A DNA stretch of 64,000 bases, taken from positions 1,216,001 to 1,280,000 of the forward strand of contig OY759729.1 of NCBI GenBank assembly GCA_963662585.1, in the 5' to 3' direction. The DNA comes from Candidatus Cloacimonadales bacterium. Lineage in GTDB: Bacteria; Cloacimonadota; Cloacimonadia; Cloacimonadales; JAFGVF01. The notes beneath the pieces are model-generated. The model had not been told where the DNA came from, ran no database searches, and saw only the letters and a program-made list of their open reading frames with translations. Position 1 is the stretch's first letter. Every line of letters begins with the position of its first letter. Positions 31,759-40,865 of the stretch are shown here, one piece after another. The translations under genes and the position numbers were made by a program.

Positions 31759-32397
31759 TTATATTCTTGAGGCTAAACCGATAAAAGGATTTTCTAACTT
31801 CTCTCTATCTATAGAAGTAAATCCTCCATGTCCGGGAATTACGATTGTGTCATCAGGAAGTATAAATAACTTCTCTTTAATAGAACTCTCTAAAGATGCA
31901 AAACTTCCACCAGGGAAGTCAGTTCTACCCACACTCAACTGAAAAAGAGTATCTCCACTAATGAGAATACCTTCTCCGTAAAGTGAGATTCCACCTGGGG
32001 TATGTCCTGGAGTGTGAATAACTGTAAAGGAACTATTACCTATTTTAATCACATCTCCTTCATTAAGAAGAATGTCAGCTTGGGGAGAAACAATATCATC
32101 TCCCATAAAGGCACTTAAATTCTTCTTGCTATCTAACAACATGGCTTGATCATTACTGTGAATCATTATCGGACACTCGAATTTCCTTTTAAAATAAGCA
32201 TTACCCCCAATATGATCTGCATGGCCATGAGTATTAATTAAATATTTGACTTTCAAGCCCAGTTTATTAATTTCATTGTATAATTCCGAAGAAGTTTTAC
32301 CTGGGTCAATCAACATAGCTTCTTTACTATCTTCATCCCAAACGAGTATGGTATTAGTTCCAAACTCAGGTAGGATATTAAAAATTTTATATTTCAT
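31759..32397 (-). CDS. Metallo-beta-lactamase fold hydrolase (glyoxalase II-like)
   Basis: THGHADH, TPGHT, SGDTLF, PGHG. Confidence 0.92.
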   Translation of the reverse strand: MKYKIFNILPEFGTNTILVWDEDSKEAMLIDPGKTSSELYNEINKLGLKVKYLINTHGHADHIGGNAYFKRKFECPIMIHSNDQAMLLDSKKNLSAFMGDDIVSPQADILLNEGDVIKIGNSSFTVIHTPGHTPGGISLYGEGILISGDTLFQLSVGRTDFPGGSFASLESSIKEKLFILPDDTIVIPGHGGFTSIDREKLENPFIGLASRI

Positions 32398-32409
32398 CTT
32401 CTATTCCTA

Positions 32410-33399
32410 TTATCTATTGATTAGTAATTTATCTAACTCTTCTCTTGGTAATGGAGAAACTTCTATTTTATTAGTTAACTTGAACTTTTCTCCGTACTCT
32501 ACTTCTGCAGTTGGACTTTCTAATTTATTTATATAGCTAAGTATAACTCTTCCAGCTAATTTAATCTGATCTATAGTTACATCTTCTCCTAACAATACGC
32601 CTAAAGGTCCAGCAATATCTACAGCTTTGATAACTAGCTCATCCTCCAATCTTGGAGTTATATAGTCACTTTCATACTTTGTTCTGGTGACTATTAGCAA
32701 TAAGTTTTCAGAGATTCTGACTCTTCTTCCCTGCTGGAGAAACTTTAAATAGCGAGGACTAAGCTGATCGTACTCTAATAAATCTGCTACTTTTTGCGAT
32801 ACCTGTCTGTCTGTCAGTAAGCACCCACCTCCAGGCATCTCAAAATCTTTTAACTTATACTCTTCTGCCATAGCTAACTGACGGTGTCGTCCTCGACCTT
32901 GAAAATCTAACATTTCTTCTTTATTTACCCAACCTTCTGTAATTGGCTTAGTATCAGGAATAAATTTTTGACATAATGGACGAACTAACAGTTCTTTAAC
33001 ACCACTGAGTTTTGCCACAGCATTCATTGCATCTTGTCGCTGAGACATTGGTCTCTGACCTAAAACTTCACCACTTATGATAAAGTCTGCATTAAATTTT
33101 TCTAGCATTTCAGCTGCTTTTCGAAACATCATCCCATGACAATCTATACAAGGGTTCATGTGTTTGCCAAAGCCATAGCGTGGATTTTTGATAACTTCTA
33201 TCAAATCCTTAGTAATATCTACAATTTCTATCTTCAAACCTGCAACCTTAGCTCCATGACGAGCCTTTGTTGCCGGATAAAATGGACTTTCAAAAAATAT
33301 AGGAACTACTTCATATCCTAATTTCTGCATATATAGTACAGCTAACATACTATCTAAACCACCTGAGAATAGAGCTATTGCTTTTCGTTCTCTCTTCAT
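32410..33399 (-). CDS. ThiI/MnmA-like PP-loop tRNA thiouridylase family protein
   Basis: SGGLDS PP-loop, PCIDC, GEVLGQRPMSQ, GGCLLT; SD AGGAG before ATG 33399. Confidence 0.8.
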   Translation of the reverse strand: MKRERKAIALFSGGLDSMLAVLYMQKLGYEVVPIFFESPFYPATKARHGAKVAGLKIEIVDITKDLIEVIKNPRYGFGKHMNPCIDCHGMMFRKAAEMLEKFNADFIISGEVLGQRPMSQRQDAMNAVAKLSGVKELLVRPLCQKFIPDTKPITEGWVNKEEMLDFQGRGRHRQLAMAEEYKLKDFEMPGGGCLLTDRQVSQKVADLLEYDQLSPRYLKFLQQGRRVRISENLLLIVTRTKYESDYITPRLEDELVIKAVDIAGPLGVLLGEDVTIDQIKLAGRVILSYINKLESPTAEVEYGEKFKLTNKIEVSPLPREELDKLLINR

Positions 33400-33679
33400 T
33401 AAGTCTCCTACATTATTATTCATCTATCTTTCGTGGATAAGTTATTCTTTATGATTTGACTCCCCACTCTTTATCTGACAACTTTTCTACCCTCAAATTT
33501 TGTCAAGAAGATAAAATATTTTGCATTCTATAGATATATTATTCTGAAATTAACTTGACAGATTACTTAAACCTATAAATATTAGACTATGGGTTTATTA
33601 AAAATGCCAATGTGTGAATTTATATTATTACATATAGTATTTCCCATAAAATAATTTAAAACTTTAAAGGAAAGAAGTT

Positions 33680-34333
33680 ATGCAAAAAGAGATGTCAGAG
33701 AGAAAGCAACGAGAATTTGATTTAAGAAGAACCTTCATTATTGATACTGCTGAAAAACTATTTTATGAATTCGGTTATGAATCAGTAACCCTAAATCAAT
33801 TAGCTGAAGCAGTTCATTATACCAAAGCTACTCTCTACACCTACCTTTGTTGCAAAGATGAAATCTACCTAGAAGTCTATTGTCGTGGCTTTGAGAAAAG
33901 AACTGAATACCTATACCAAAACATGAAACACTGCGATACTGGCTTTGAAGAAATTAAGAATTTTGGCCAAGCCTATTTTAACTTCTATCAAGAGAATCCT
34001 GAAATCCTCTTCCACCAACAATATTTAGATTTTAGACCTTTAGAATATGACAAATTACCTCAACACCTCGTTGATAGATTTATGGGATTAAATGAAAAAA
34101 GTTCAAAACTTATTATCGATGCACTGCAAAAAGGTATCGACGATGGATCAATCAAATCAGACCTCAAAATAGATTATTTCCTCGGGCAATTGGTGCTTAC
34201 TCTTAGAGCTTGTGCCTCAGCAGTTGTAAGTCATAAAAGAACTGTTCTCAATCAGCCATTCTCTGATGAAACAAACACTAAATGGTATAATAGTTATTTA
34301 GAACTATTGCTTAATGCTATTAGGGGAAGATAA
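33680..34333 (+). CDS. TetR/AcrR-family transcriptional regulator
   Basis: N-terminal HTH AEKLF..GY..VTLNQLA...KATLYTY. Confidence 0.9.
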   Translation: MQKEMSERKQREFDLRRTFIIDTAEKLFYEFGYESVTLNQLAEAVHYTKATLYTYLCCKDEIYLEVYCRGFEKRTEYLYQNMKHCDTGFEEIKNFGQAYFNFYQENPEILFHQQYLDFRPLEYDKLPQHLVDRFMGLNEKSSKLIIDALQKGIDDGSIKSDLKIDYFLGQLVLTLRACASAVVSHKRTVLNQPFSDETNTKWYNSYLELLLNAIRGR

Positions 34334-34366
34334 GAATTAAGAATTAAGAATTAAAAATTGAGAATT
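34332..34366 (+). repeat. Heptamer tandem repeat (AAGAATT)n, inverted relative to (TTCTCAA)n at ~35499-35521
   Basis: aagaatt aagaatt aagaatt aaaaatt gagaatt. Confidence 0.75.
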
Positions 34367-34562
34367 TAAAGAAAGATGAATATATCCACTAATTTCACGA
34401 ATTAAGAAAATATCACCAAGGGATAAAATAGATTAGCCCAGGGTCTCATTTTTGGAAGAAAAATTGACCCTGGGTATGGCAAACCAATATTCGTGTAACC
34501 CTGTAAGGGTTTTATAGAGAAAATAATAGTTGCTAAAAAATCGGTCAAATTATTTAGGACTG
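34361..34562. repeat. ~202-bp structured intergenic element, copy B (inverted)
   Basis: Reverse complement aligns end to end with 29983-30184. Confidence 0.85.
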
Positions 34563-34667
34563 AATATTGAAGAAAGATTTTCACGAGAATTAAGAAAACC
34601 CTTAACACAGGGTTTCACAAGAGTTTTAAGACAAGTCTCACGAAGTTTTAAGAATGTGTAATGGCCT

Positions 34668-34739
34668 CTTAAACTCCCCCCTTTAGTGCTGAAAGCACGA
34701 TAAAAGAGGGGTGGCATCTTTAGATGACGGGGTGTTTAT
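34668..34739. repeat. ~70-bp palindromic REP-like element
   Basis: Inverted near-copy at 61521-61592; degenerate copy near 12172-12238. Confidence 0.75.
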
Positions 34740-34868
34740 CTTAGATGTATGGCAATACTCCTCAACAAATCCCAGCGGGATGAAATCTAATAGGGAGTGT
34801 TCGCAAGGCACTCTAAGAGTATCCGCCCGAAAGTGATGGGCCGAATTAGCAGACAAGGAATATCAGCT

Positions 34869-35258
34869 ATGAAAAAAAATATTATTTTAACAAAAAGCTT
34901 TAGTTTTGCGGTAAGAATTATTAAAATGTGTCAATATCTGCAACAAGAAAAGCATGAATATATATTATCAAAATAAATTTTAAGAAGTGGAACTTCAATA
35001 GGGGCATCTATCAGAGAATCTCAGCATGCAGAAAGCAATAAAGATTTTGTTCATAAACTAAGCATAGCTTTGAAAGAAGCAAATGAGACTGATTACTGGC
35101 TGTTATTACTGAAAGAAGGGAATTATTTAACTAAGGAACAATATCAAAGTATATATCCAGAAATTAATGAAATTATTAGCTTATTAGTATCAATTGTTAA
35201 ATCTACAAAGAAAAACCACGATTTAGAAGAAGATTTTGCAGACTATGAAGAGAATTGA
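34869..35258 (+). pseudogene. Four helix bundle protein (TIGR02436 / 23S-IVS-protein / bAvd-like) with in-frame TAA at codon 36
   Basis: MKKNIILTKSFSFAVRII...EYILSK*ILRSGTSIGASIRESQHAESNKDFVHKLSIALKEANETDYWL; TAA at 34974-34976 sits where the family has Gln. Confidence 0.85.
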
Positions 35259-35533
35259 GAATAAAGAGAAAATCACTATTTAATGTTCAGTCCTAACTAA
35301 TGACCGATTTTTACAACAATTTTCTTATTGTTTCCTGGTTCTCCGCTAACGCTTTGAACCACTCTTGTGGGGTATAATTTCAAGGGGTTACACCTCTTCT
35401 GACGAATACCATCCAGTTGGGAGTTAAGAAATATCAGTGTTTGCACAATGATAGCGGGCAGGGATACCCACATTCCCAGTTAAGAAGTCCTCATCTTATT
35501 CTCAATTCTCAATTCTCAATTATGCATTTCTTC

Positions 35534-35968
35534 TTACATTATCTTCATCAATTCAACTTCGAATTTTAATGTTGCATTAGGTGGTATAACATTACCAGCA
35601 CCTCTTGCACCATAACCTAATTCTGAAGGAATAATAAGAGTTCTAACTTCACCTACTTTCATACCAAGTACGCCTTCTTCCCAACCTTTGATTACTCTAT
35701 TAGCACCAAGTTGGAAAGAAAATGGTTGATCTCTATCCTTTGATGAATCAAACTTTGTTCCATCCATTAACCAACCAGTGTAATGTACTAGAACTTTATC
35801 GCCTTTTTTAGCTTCTAAACCTGAACCTTCAGCATCAACAGTATACTTTAAACCGTTTTCCATAATTATAAATCCTTCTTCAGTATTTTTTTGATCATTA
35901 CCTTTCGCACTACAAGCAAATATTGCAGTAAGTAGAACGACTAACAACAGATAGTTAAGAAATTTCAT
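35534..35968 (-). CDS. FKBP-type peptidyl-prolyl isomerase lipoprotein
   Basis: Lipobox-like IFAC; VHYTG, KFDSS, VIKGWEEG, IPPNATLKFEVEL. Confidence 0.95.
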   Translation of the reverse strand: MKFLNYLLLVVLLTAIFACSAKGNDQKNTEEGFIIMENGLKYTVDAEGSGLEAKKGDKVLVHYTGWLMDGTKFDSSKDRDQPFSFQLGANRVIKGWEEGVLGMKVGEVRTLIIPSELGYGARGAGNVIPPNATLKFEVELMKIM

Positions 35969-36069
35969 TTTCTCCTTCCTTTCCCTTTTTTTACCAAATT
36001 TATCACTCCTTACTTTTCTGTAAACATAATTCTTGACTAAATTAAGCTAATATTAATTAATAATCTCTT

Positions 36070-37434
36070 ATGAGAAAATATTTAGATACTCCCAAAATAG
36101 ATTATATCTTAACACATCTTAAGTTTAGATGTGACTTTCCTAATGAGCTTAACCAACGCTTGGTTTTCCTCAAACAGGAAGATATTAGTGCTCTTCCAGA
36201 GAATTGCCTTATCTTCCCTTTATCTAATCAAGAGAAAGAGCTGGACTATCAAATTGACAATATTCCCATCTTCTACCCCACTTCACCTAGAATTAATGAA
36301 CATACATATCGAAAAAATACTTCTATAATATTCTCTCATGATATTTTCCAGCAGATATTCTGTCTTCAAACACTCTACTATGAACAAGACCTTAAGGAAA
36401 AAGATAAGCTAGGTAGAATCAAACCTGAAGCTACGCTTAACTTCCAACTAGGATTTCTAAATAGGCCCTTAGTTGATTATCTCTTTGCCATAATAGTTGA
36501 TGTTTTAGAAGACTACTGTCAGATGAATAATATCCCCTTCAAAAGAATTAATTTACTTCCACAACATACATTTTTATTGAGTCATGATGTTGACCGTATA
36601 GAAACTTATTCCTTATATAATACCATTAATTCTGTTAAGCAAGTCTTATTGCAAGCAAACAAGAAGAACTTCACTAGTGCCAAGAAACATATAATAGAAT
36701 ATTTTCGCTTTCAAAATAGAGATAATTCTCTTTGGGATTTCCCTCTCCTGAGAAAGATAGAACAAGAGTTCAATCTGAAATCAACTTATTACTTTTTGAA
36801 TAAAGGTAAGTTGCATCAAGATGCTTATTACTCTCTTACTTCACCTCAGATATTAGCTTTAATAAACACTATTCAAGCTGATCAAAATGAAATAGGCTTA
36901 CACTTAACTATTGCAGGCAATCAAGATGAATCAATAGTCGCTCAAAACTTAGAGAAGCTTAATAAACTTATTAAAGAGAAAATAGTGGGAACTCGTTCTC
37001 ACTGGTTACGCTTTGAAGCAAGGACTACACCTGATATCCTAGAAAAATTGGGCATTATATATGATTCTTCAATAGGACACTATTCTCATGAAGGATTTAG
37101 GTCAGGAACCTGCTTACCATATAAATTATTTAGTTTCAGTCAGAATAGAATACTTAATATCTGGGAATTACCTTTGATTTATATGGACTGCATGATTTTA
37201 GACTATCAAGATATTTCAGAAAGAGAGGCATTAAACAAGTTAAGTGCATTACTTCAAGAAGTAATTAAATTTAAAGGTATTTATTCTGTCTTGTGGCATA
37301 ATGGCAATTTTGCTAATCCACACCCTTATAATCGTTATAAATTTTACCGAAATATTATTAAAATGGTCCTTAGAACTGACCCTTCAAACTTAACAGCTAA
37401 AAGCCTATTAGAATCACTTGAGGAGAGTAAATAA
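36070..37434 (+). CDS. Polysaccharide deacetylase-family protein
   Basis: SHDVD, EIGLH, RSHWLR, YDSS, GFRSGTC, LWHN. Confidence 0.8.
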   Translation: MRKYLDTPKIDYILTHLKFRCDFPNELNQRLVFLKQEDISALPENCLIFPLSNQEKELDYQIDNIPIFYPTSPRINEHTYRKNTSIIFSHDIFQQIFCLQTLYYEQDLKEKDKLGRIKPEATLNFQLGFLNRPLVDYLFAIIVDVLEDYCQMNNIPFKRINLLPQHTFLLSHDVDRIETYSLYNTINSVKQVLLQANKKNFTSAKKHIIEYFRFQNRDNSLWDFPLLRKIEQEFNLKSTYYFLNKGKLHQDAYYSLTSPQILALINTIQADQNEIGLHLTIAGNQDESIVAQNLEKLNKLIKEKIVGTRSHWLRFEARTTPDILEKLGIIYDSSIGHYSHEGFRSGTCLPYKLFSFSQNRILNIWELPLIYMDCMILDYQDISEREALNKLSALLQEVIKFKGIYSVLWHNGNFANPHPYNRYKFYRNIIKMVLRTDPSNLTAKSLLESLEESK

Positions 37435-37435
37435 T

Positions 37436-39394
37436 ATGTGCGGAATCAGCGGTATCTTTACTTTAGATAAGACCAATATTAATCTTGAAACTCTTCTCAC
37501 TATGAATAATAAAATAAGACATCGTGGACCTGATGATGAAGGTTACTTTATCAGAGCTGTAACTTCTTCTGCTCCACAACTATATTCCGGTGATGATTCA
37601 ACACTTCAGATTAAAAAGCAATATCCTCATGTTAAAGAAAGTTCTCCAAGTAATTTAGCTCTTGGTTTTAGGAGATTATCAATAATAGATCTTAGTGAAC
37701 AAGGTCATCAACCAATGCAAGATGAATCAAAGCGTTTCACAATTGTGTTTAATGGTGAGATTTTTAATTACTTAGAGCTGAGAGAGCAATTAAAAGCTTT
37801 GGGATATATTTTTAAAAGCGATAGTGATACAGAAGTAGTTCTTAATATGTATATTGAGTATAAAGAGAAGTCTTTCAATATGTTTAACGGAATGTGGGCA
37901 CTAGCAATCTGGGATAATAAAAAAGAAGAATTAACTCTTTGTCGAGACCGATGGGGCATCAAACCTCTGTGTTATTATCATGATAAGAAGATATTACTTT
38001 TTGGTTCAGAAGAGAAACAAATAATCTCAACGAGTATAAATATTTCCCCTAATTATGATATGATTTATAGGTATTTAAAGCTTGGTTCCATGGTCAGATA
38101 TAAAGATGAAACTTTTTACCAAGAGATTAAAGTCCTCACACCTGGATCTTATCTGAAAGCTACTCAAGGTACTTTTAGTATATACTCCTACTATGAGATG
38201 GATATAAATAAATTTGAGAAGTATGATAAATCTTTAGAGGAAGCTACTAAAGAGTATCAAAAGCTATTTTCTCAGGCAGTTAAGCTTAGAATGAGATCTG
38301 ATGTAGAGGTAGGTTCTTGTCTAAGTGGAGGATTAGATTCTTCTGCTATTGTAGGCATTGCTTCCCAATCTACTAAGCAAAACTTTAAAACTTTCTCAGC
38401 ATATTATGCTCAGTCAAAAGAATATGACGAACGAAAGTGGATTGATATAGTTAATAACACTTATGGATGCCAGGGACATTTCTTAAGTCCTAGCGATAAA
38501 GAAGTAGCTAAGGAATTTGAAAGAATTACCTATCTTCATGATGCTCCGGTAATTGGCTCTAGTCCTGTTTCTCAATATTTCGTTATGAAAAAAGCACGAG
38601 AGAATGGTATAAGTGTTGTTTTAGATGGGCAAGGTAGTGATGAGATTACAGCCGGATACAATCATGCTTTCTATCGTTATTATGCTGATTTAATAAGACA
38701 AAGAGAGTTTACTCGTTTATCAGCAGAACTCCCCGAGTATCTTCGTTATCAACAAAAGGGTAATTCTCTTACTAAGTTAAGTAAGATACTCTTCACTTTC
38801 ATTTGCAAAGAATCAACTCTCTATAATTATGAGATAAGAAATCTGCATCCTGATGTAATGTTTAGTAGATATCGCAAGGGTATTATCTCTGCGGTAGAAG
38901 ATTTACCTTGCTCAAAACTCTCTAATTTCCAATATAATTTATTAAGAAATATCTTTCTACCTTCCCTGCTACATTTTGAAGATAGAAATTCCATGGCTTT
39001 TTCAGTTGAGAGTAGAGTTCCTTTCTTAGATATTAACTTAGTGGAGTTTGCCTTTTCCCTTCCTTCGCATTATAAAATTCAAGGTGCTCAAGGAAAATAT
39101 ATTCACAGACAAAGTCTAAAGAATATTGTTCCTGAGGCTATCTATAATAGAAAAGATAAAATTAACTTTTCAGCACCAGGTGAAGTAAGCTGGTTAAGAA
39201 AGGCAATGAAAGAGAGTCTTAAGGCTACTTTCAATTCCCCATTCTTTACTAAAAGTAAGCTATTTGATACTATAAAATTAGGTGAGATGGTTCATAACTA
39301 TCTGCTGGGTGAAAATAAACATGCGACCATGATTTGGAAACTTTATGCTCTCGGAATATGGTATAATCTGAATTTTGCAGGAAGTAATGAATAA
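37436..39394 (+). CDS. asnB: Asparagine synthase-family glutamine amidotransferase (probably glycan amidation)
   Basis: MCGISG start at 37436, HRGPDD, RRLSIID, NGEIFNY, LSGGLDSS, ESRVPFLD. Confidence 0.9.
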   Translation: MCGISGIFTLDKTNINLETLLTMNNKIRHRGPDDEGYFIRAVTSSAPQLYSGDDSTLQIKKQYPHVKESSPSNLALGFRRLSIIDLSEQGHQPMQDESKRFTIVFNGEIFNYLELREQLKALGYIFKSDSDTEVVLNMYIEYKEKSFNMFNGMWALAIWDNKKEELTLCRDRWGIKPLCYYHDKKILLFGSEEKQIISTSINISPNYDMIYRYLKLGSMVRYKDETFYQEIKVLTPGSYLKATQGTFSIYSYYEMDINKFEKYDKSLEEATKEYQKLFSQAVKLRMRSDVEVGSCLSGGLDSSAIVGIASQSTKQNFKTFSAYYAQSKEYDERKWIDIVNNTYGCQGHFLSPSDKEVAKEFERITYLHDAPVIGSSPVSQYFVMKKARENGISVVLDGQGSDEITAGYNHAFYRYYADLIRQREFTRLSAELPEYLRYQQKGNSLTKLSKILFTFICKESTLYNYEIRNLHPDVMFSRYRKGIISAVEDLPCSKLSNFQYNLLRNIFLPSLLHFEDRNSMAFSVESRVPFLDINLVEFAFSLPSHYKIQGAQGKYIHRQSLKNIVPEAIYNRKDKINFSAPGEVSWLRKAMKESLKATFNSPFFTKSKLFDTIKLGEMVHNYLLGENKHATMIWKLYALGIWYNLNFAGSNE

Positions 39395-40865
39395 TAATAA
39401 AATTAAGAATACAGCTAAAAACACCATGATTTACAGTATCAGTAATGTCTTGGTAAAGATGTCGGGATTAATTCTACTTCCCCTTTATACTTCTCATATT
39501 TCTTTAGCTCAATATGGACTTCTGGGTTTCTATGAAATTACTTTTGAAGTATTACACTTAATTAGTGGATTAGGTATTGATAATGCCCTTGCTCGTTGGT
39601 ATTGGGATAAAGATTCTCAGTATGAACAGAAAGTAGTAGTCTTTAATGCTGGTTTAGTCTCATTAGTTACGACTTTATTTATAATGACCTTAGGATTTCT
39701 TACTCTAAATGGATTTTCAGAAACCCTTCTTTGGGAGAAACAATCAACTTCTTTAATCTTCTGGTTTATTATTAGTAGTTTGTCTAGAGTATTAATTAGA
39801 CAGCCTCTGTTACTTATGCGAATTCAAGAATTATCTCTTCGGCAGACAATAATCAATATCATAAGAATAATAATTGTTGTGGGCATTAGTTTTATCACTA
39901 TAGCTCATCTAAAACTGGGTTTAACAGGTATTTTTATTGCTGAAACTGTGGCAAACGCAATGGTTCTTCCTTATTTATATAGATACTTTCTAAAAAACAC
40001 TAAGTTCCAGTATAATTATTATCTTATCAAAGAGATGCTTAACTTCTCATTACCTTTAATATTATCCTCAGTATTAGCCCTAGTCTTGACCCTTTCTGAT
40101 AGATACATAATCCAGTTTTTCGGTAACTTTGAGGATACAGGTATCTATACTTTGGCTTATAAAATCTCAAATATAATCAGAATCTTTGTTATCCACTCTT
40201 TTTCTCAGGCCTATATCCCTATCTTTTATAAATATATGCATGATGAAGATAGTAGAAATTTCTATATTAAATCCGTGAGTTACTATACTTTCGTAGCGTC
40301 AATTCTTGCTCTCGGATTAACTATTTTTGGACAGGAAGCTATCCAGATTATTGCCCAATCTTCAGAATATTATGCTGCATATAAACTTCTTCCCTACTTA
40401 GTTATCGGAGTTATCTTTGCAGGACTTAGACAAATCTTAGTACTTCCAATAAATAAACATAAGAAGACTAAAATAATCTCTGTTATAACAATAAGTGCAG
40501 GTGTATTTAATCTTCTCTTAAATATCGCTTTGGTACCAATTATGGGAGCTAGAGGGGCAGCCTTAGCTACAGGACTAGCCAATCTAGGCGTCGTATTTGC
40601 CTACTACTATTTTGTTAATAAATTGGATGGTATTCGCTATGAAGACAAGAAGATTATTAATGCAATATCACTAACAATAATTCTCTCTGCTATGGCTCTT
40701 CTTATAGCAGATATCAATATCTATTATCGTATCCCTATGAAAGTGGGATTATTCTTAAGTTTCCCTCTTATCATGTATCTTACAAAGTTTTATGATAAAG
40801 AAGAGATGCACCAAATTCGCCATGCTATCGGAGAGTTAAAAGAAAAATACCTAAGGAAAAAGTAA
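39387..40865 (+). CDS. Wzx-like oligosaccharide flippase
   Basis: Many TM helices; LLPLYT...YG, LSDRYII, GIYTLAYK, GAALAT; glycan context. Confidence 0.85.
   Translation: MNNNKIKNTAKNTMIYSISNVLVKMSGLILLPLYTSHISLAQYGLLGFYEITFEVLHLISGLGIDNALARWYWDKDSQYEQKVVVFNAGLVSLVTTLFIMTLGFLTLNGFSETLLWEKQSTSLIFWFIISSLSRVLIRQPLLLMRIQELSLRQTIINIIRIIIVVGISFITIAHLKLGLTGIFIAETVANAMVLPYLYRYFLKNTKFQYNYYLIKEMLNFSLPLILSSVLALVLTLSDRYIIQFFGNFEDTGIYTLAYKISNIIRIFVIHSFSQAYIPIFYKYMHDEDSRNFYIKSVSYYTFVASILALGLTIFGQEAIQIIAQSSEYYAAYKLLPYLVIGVIFAGLRQILVLPINKHKKTKIISVITISAGVFNLLLNIALVPIMGARGAALATGLANLGVVFAYYYFVNKLDGIRYEDKKIINAISLTIILSAMALLIADINIYYRIPMKVGLFLSFPLIMYLTKFYDKEEMHQIRHAIGELKEKYLRKK

Noticed and set aside
34402..34608. 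68-aa ORF
   Set aside because: Lies in the 202-bp repeat; no SD or recognisable protein motif, so treated as non-coding
34869..35258. Stop-codon recoding or a DGR accessory gene
   Set aside because: TAA terminates most genes in the window; no reverse transcriptase or TR/VR pair is visible
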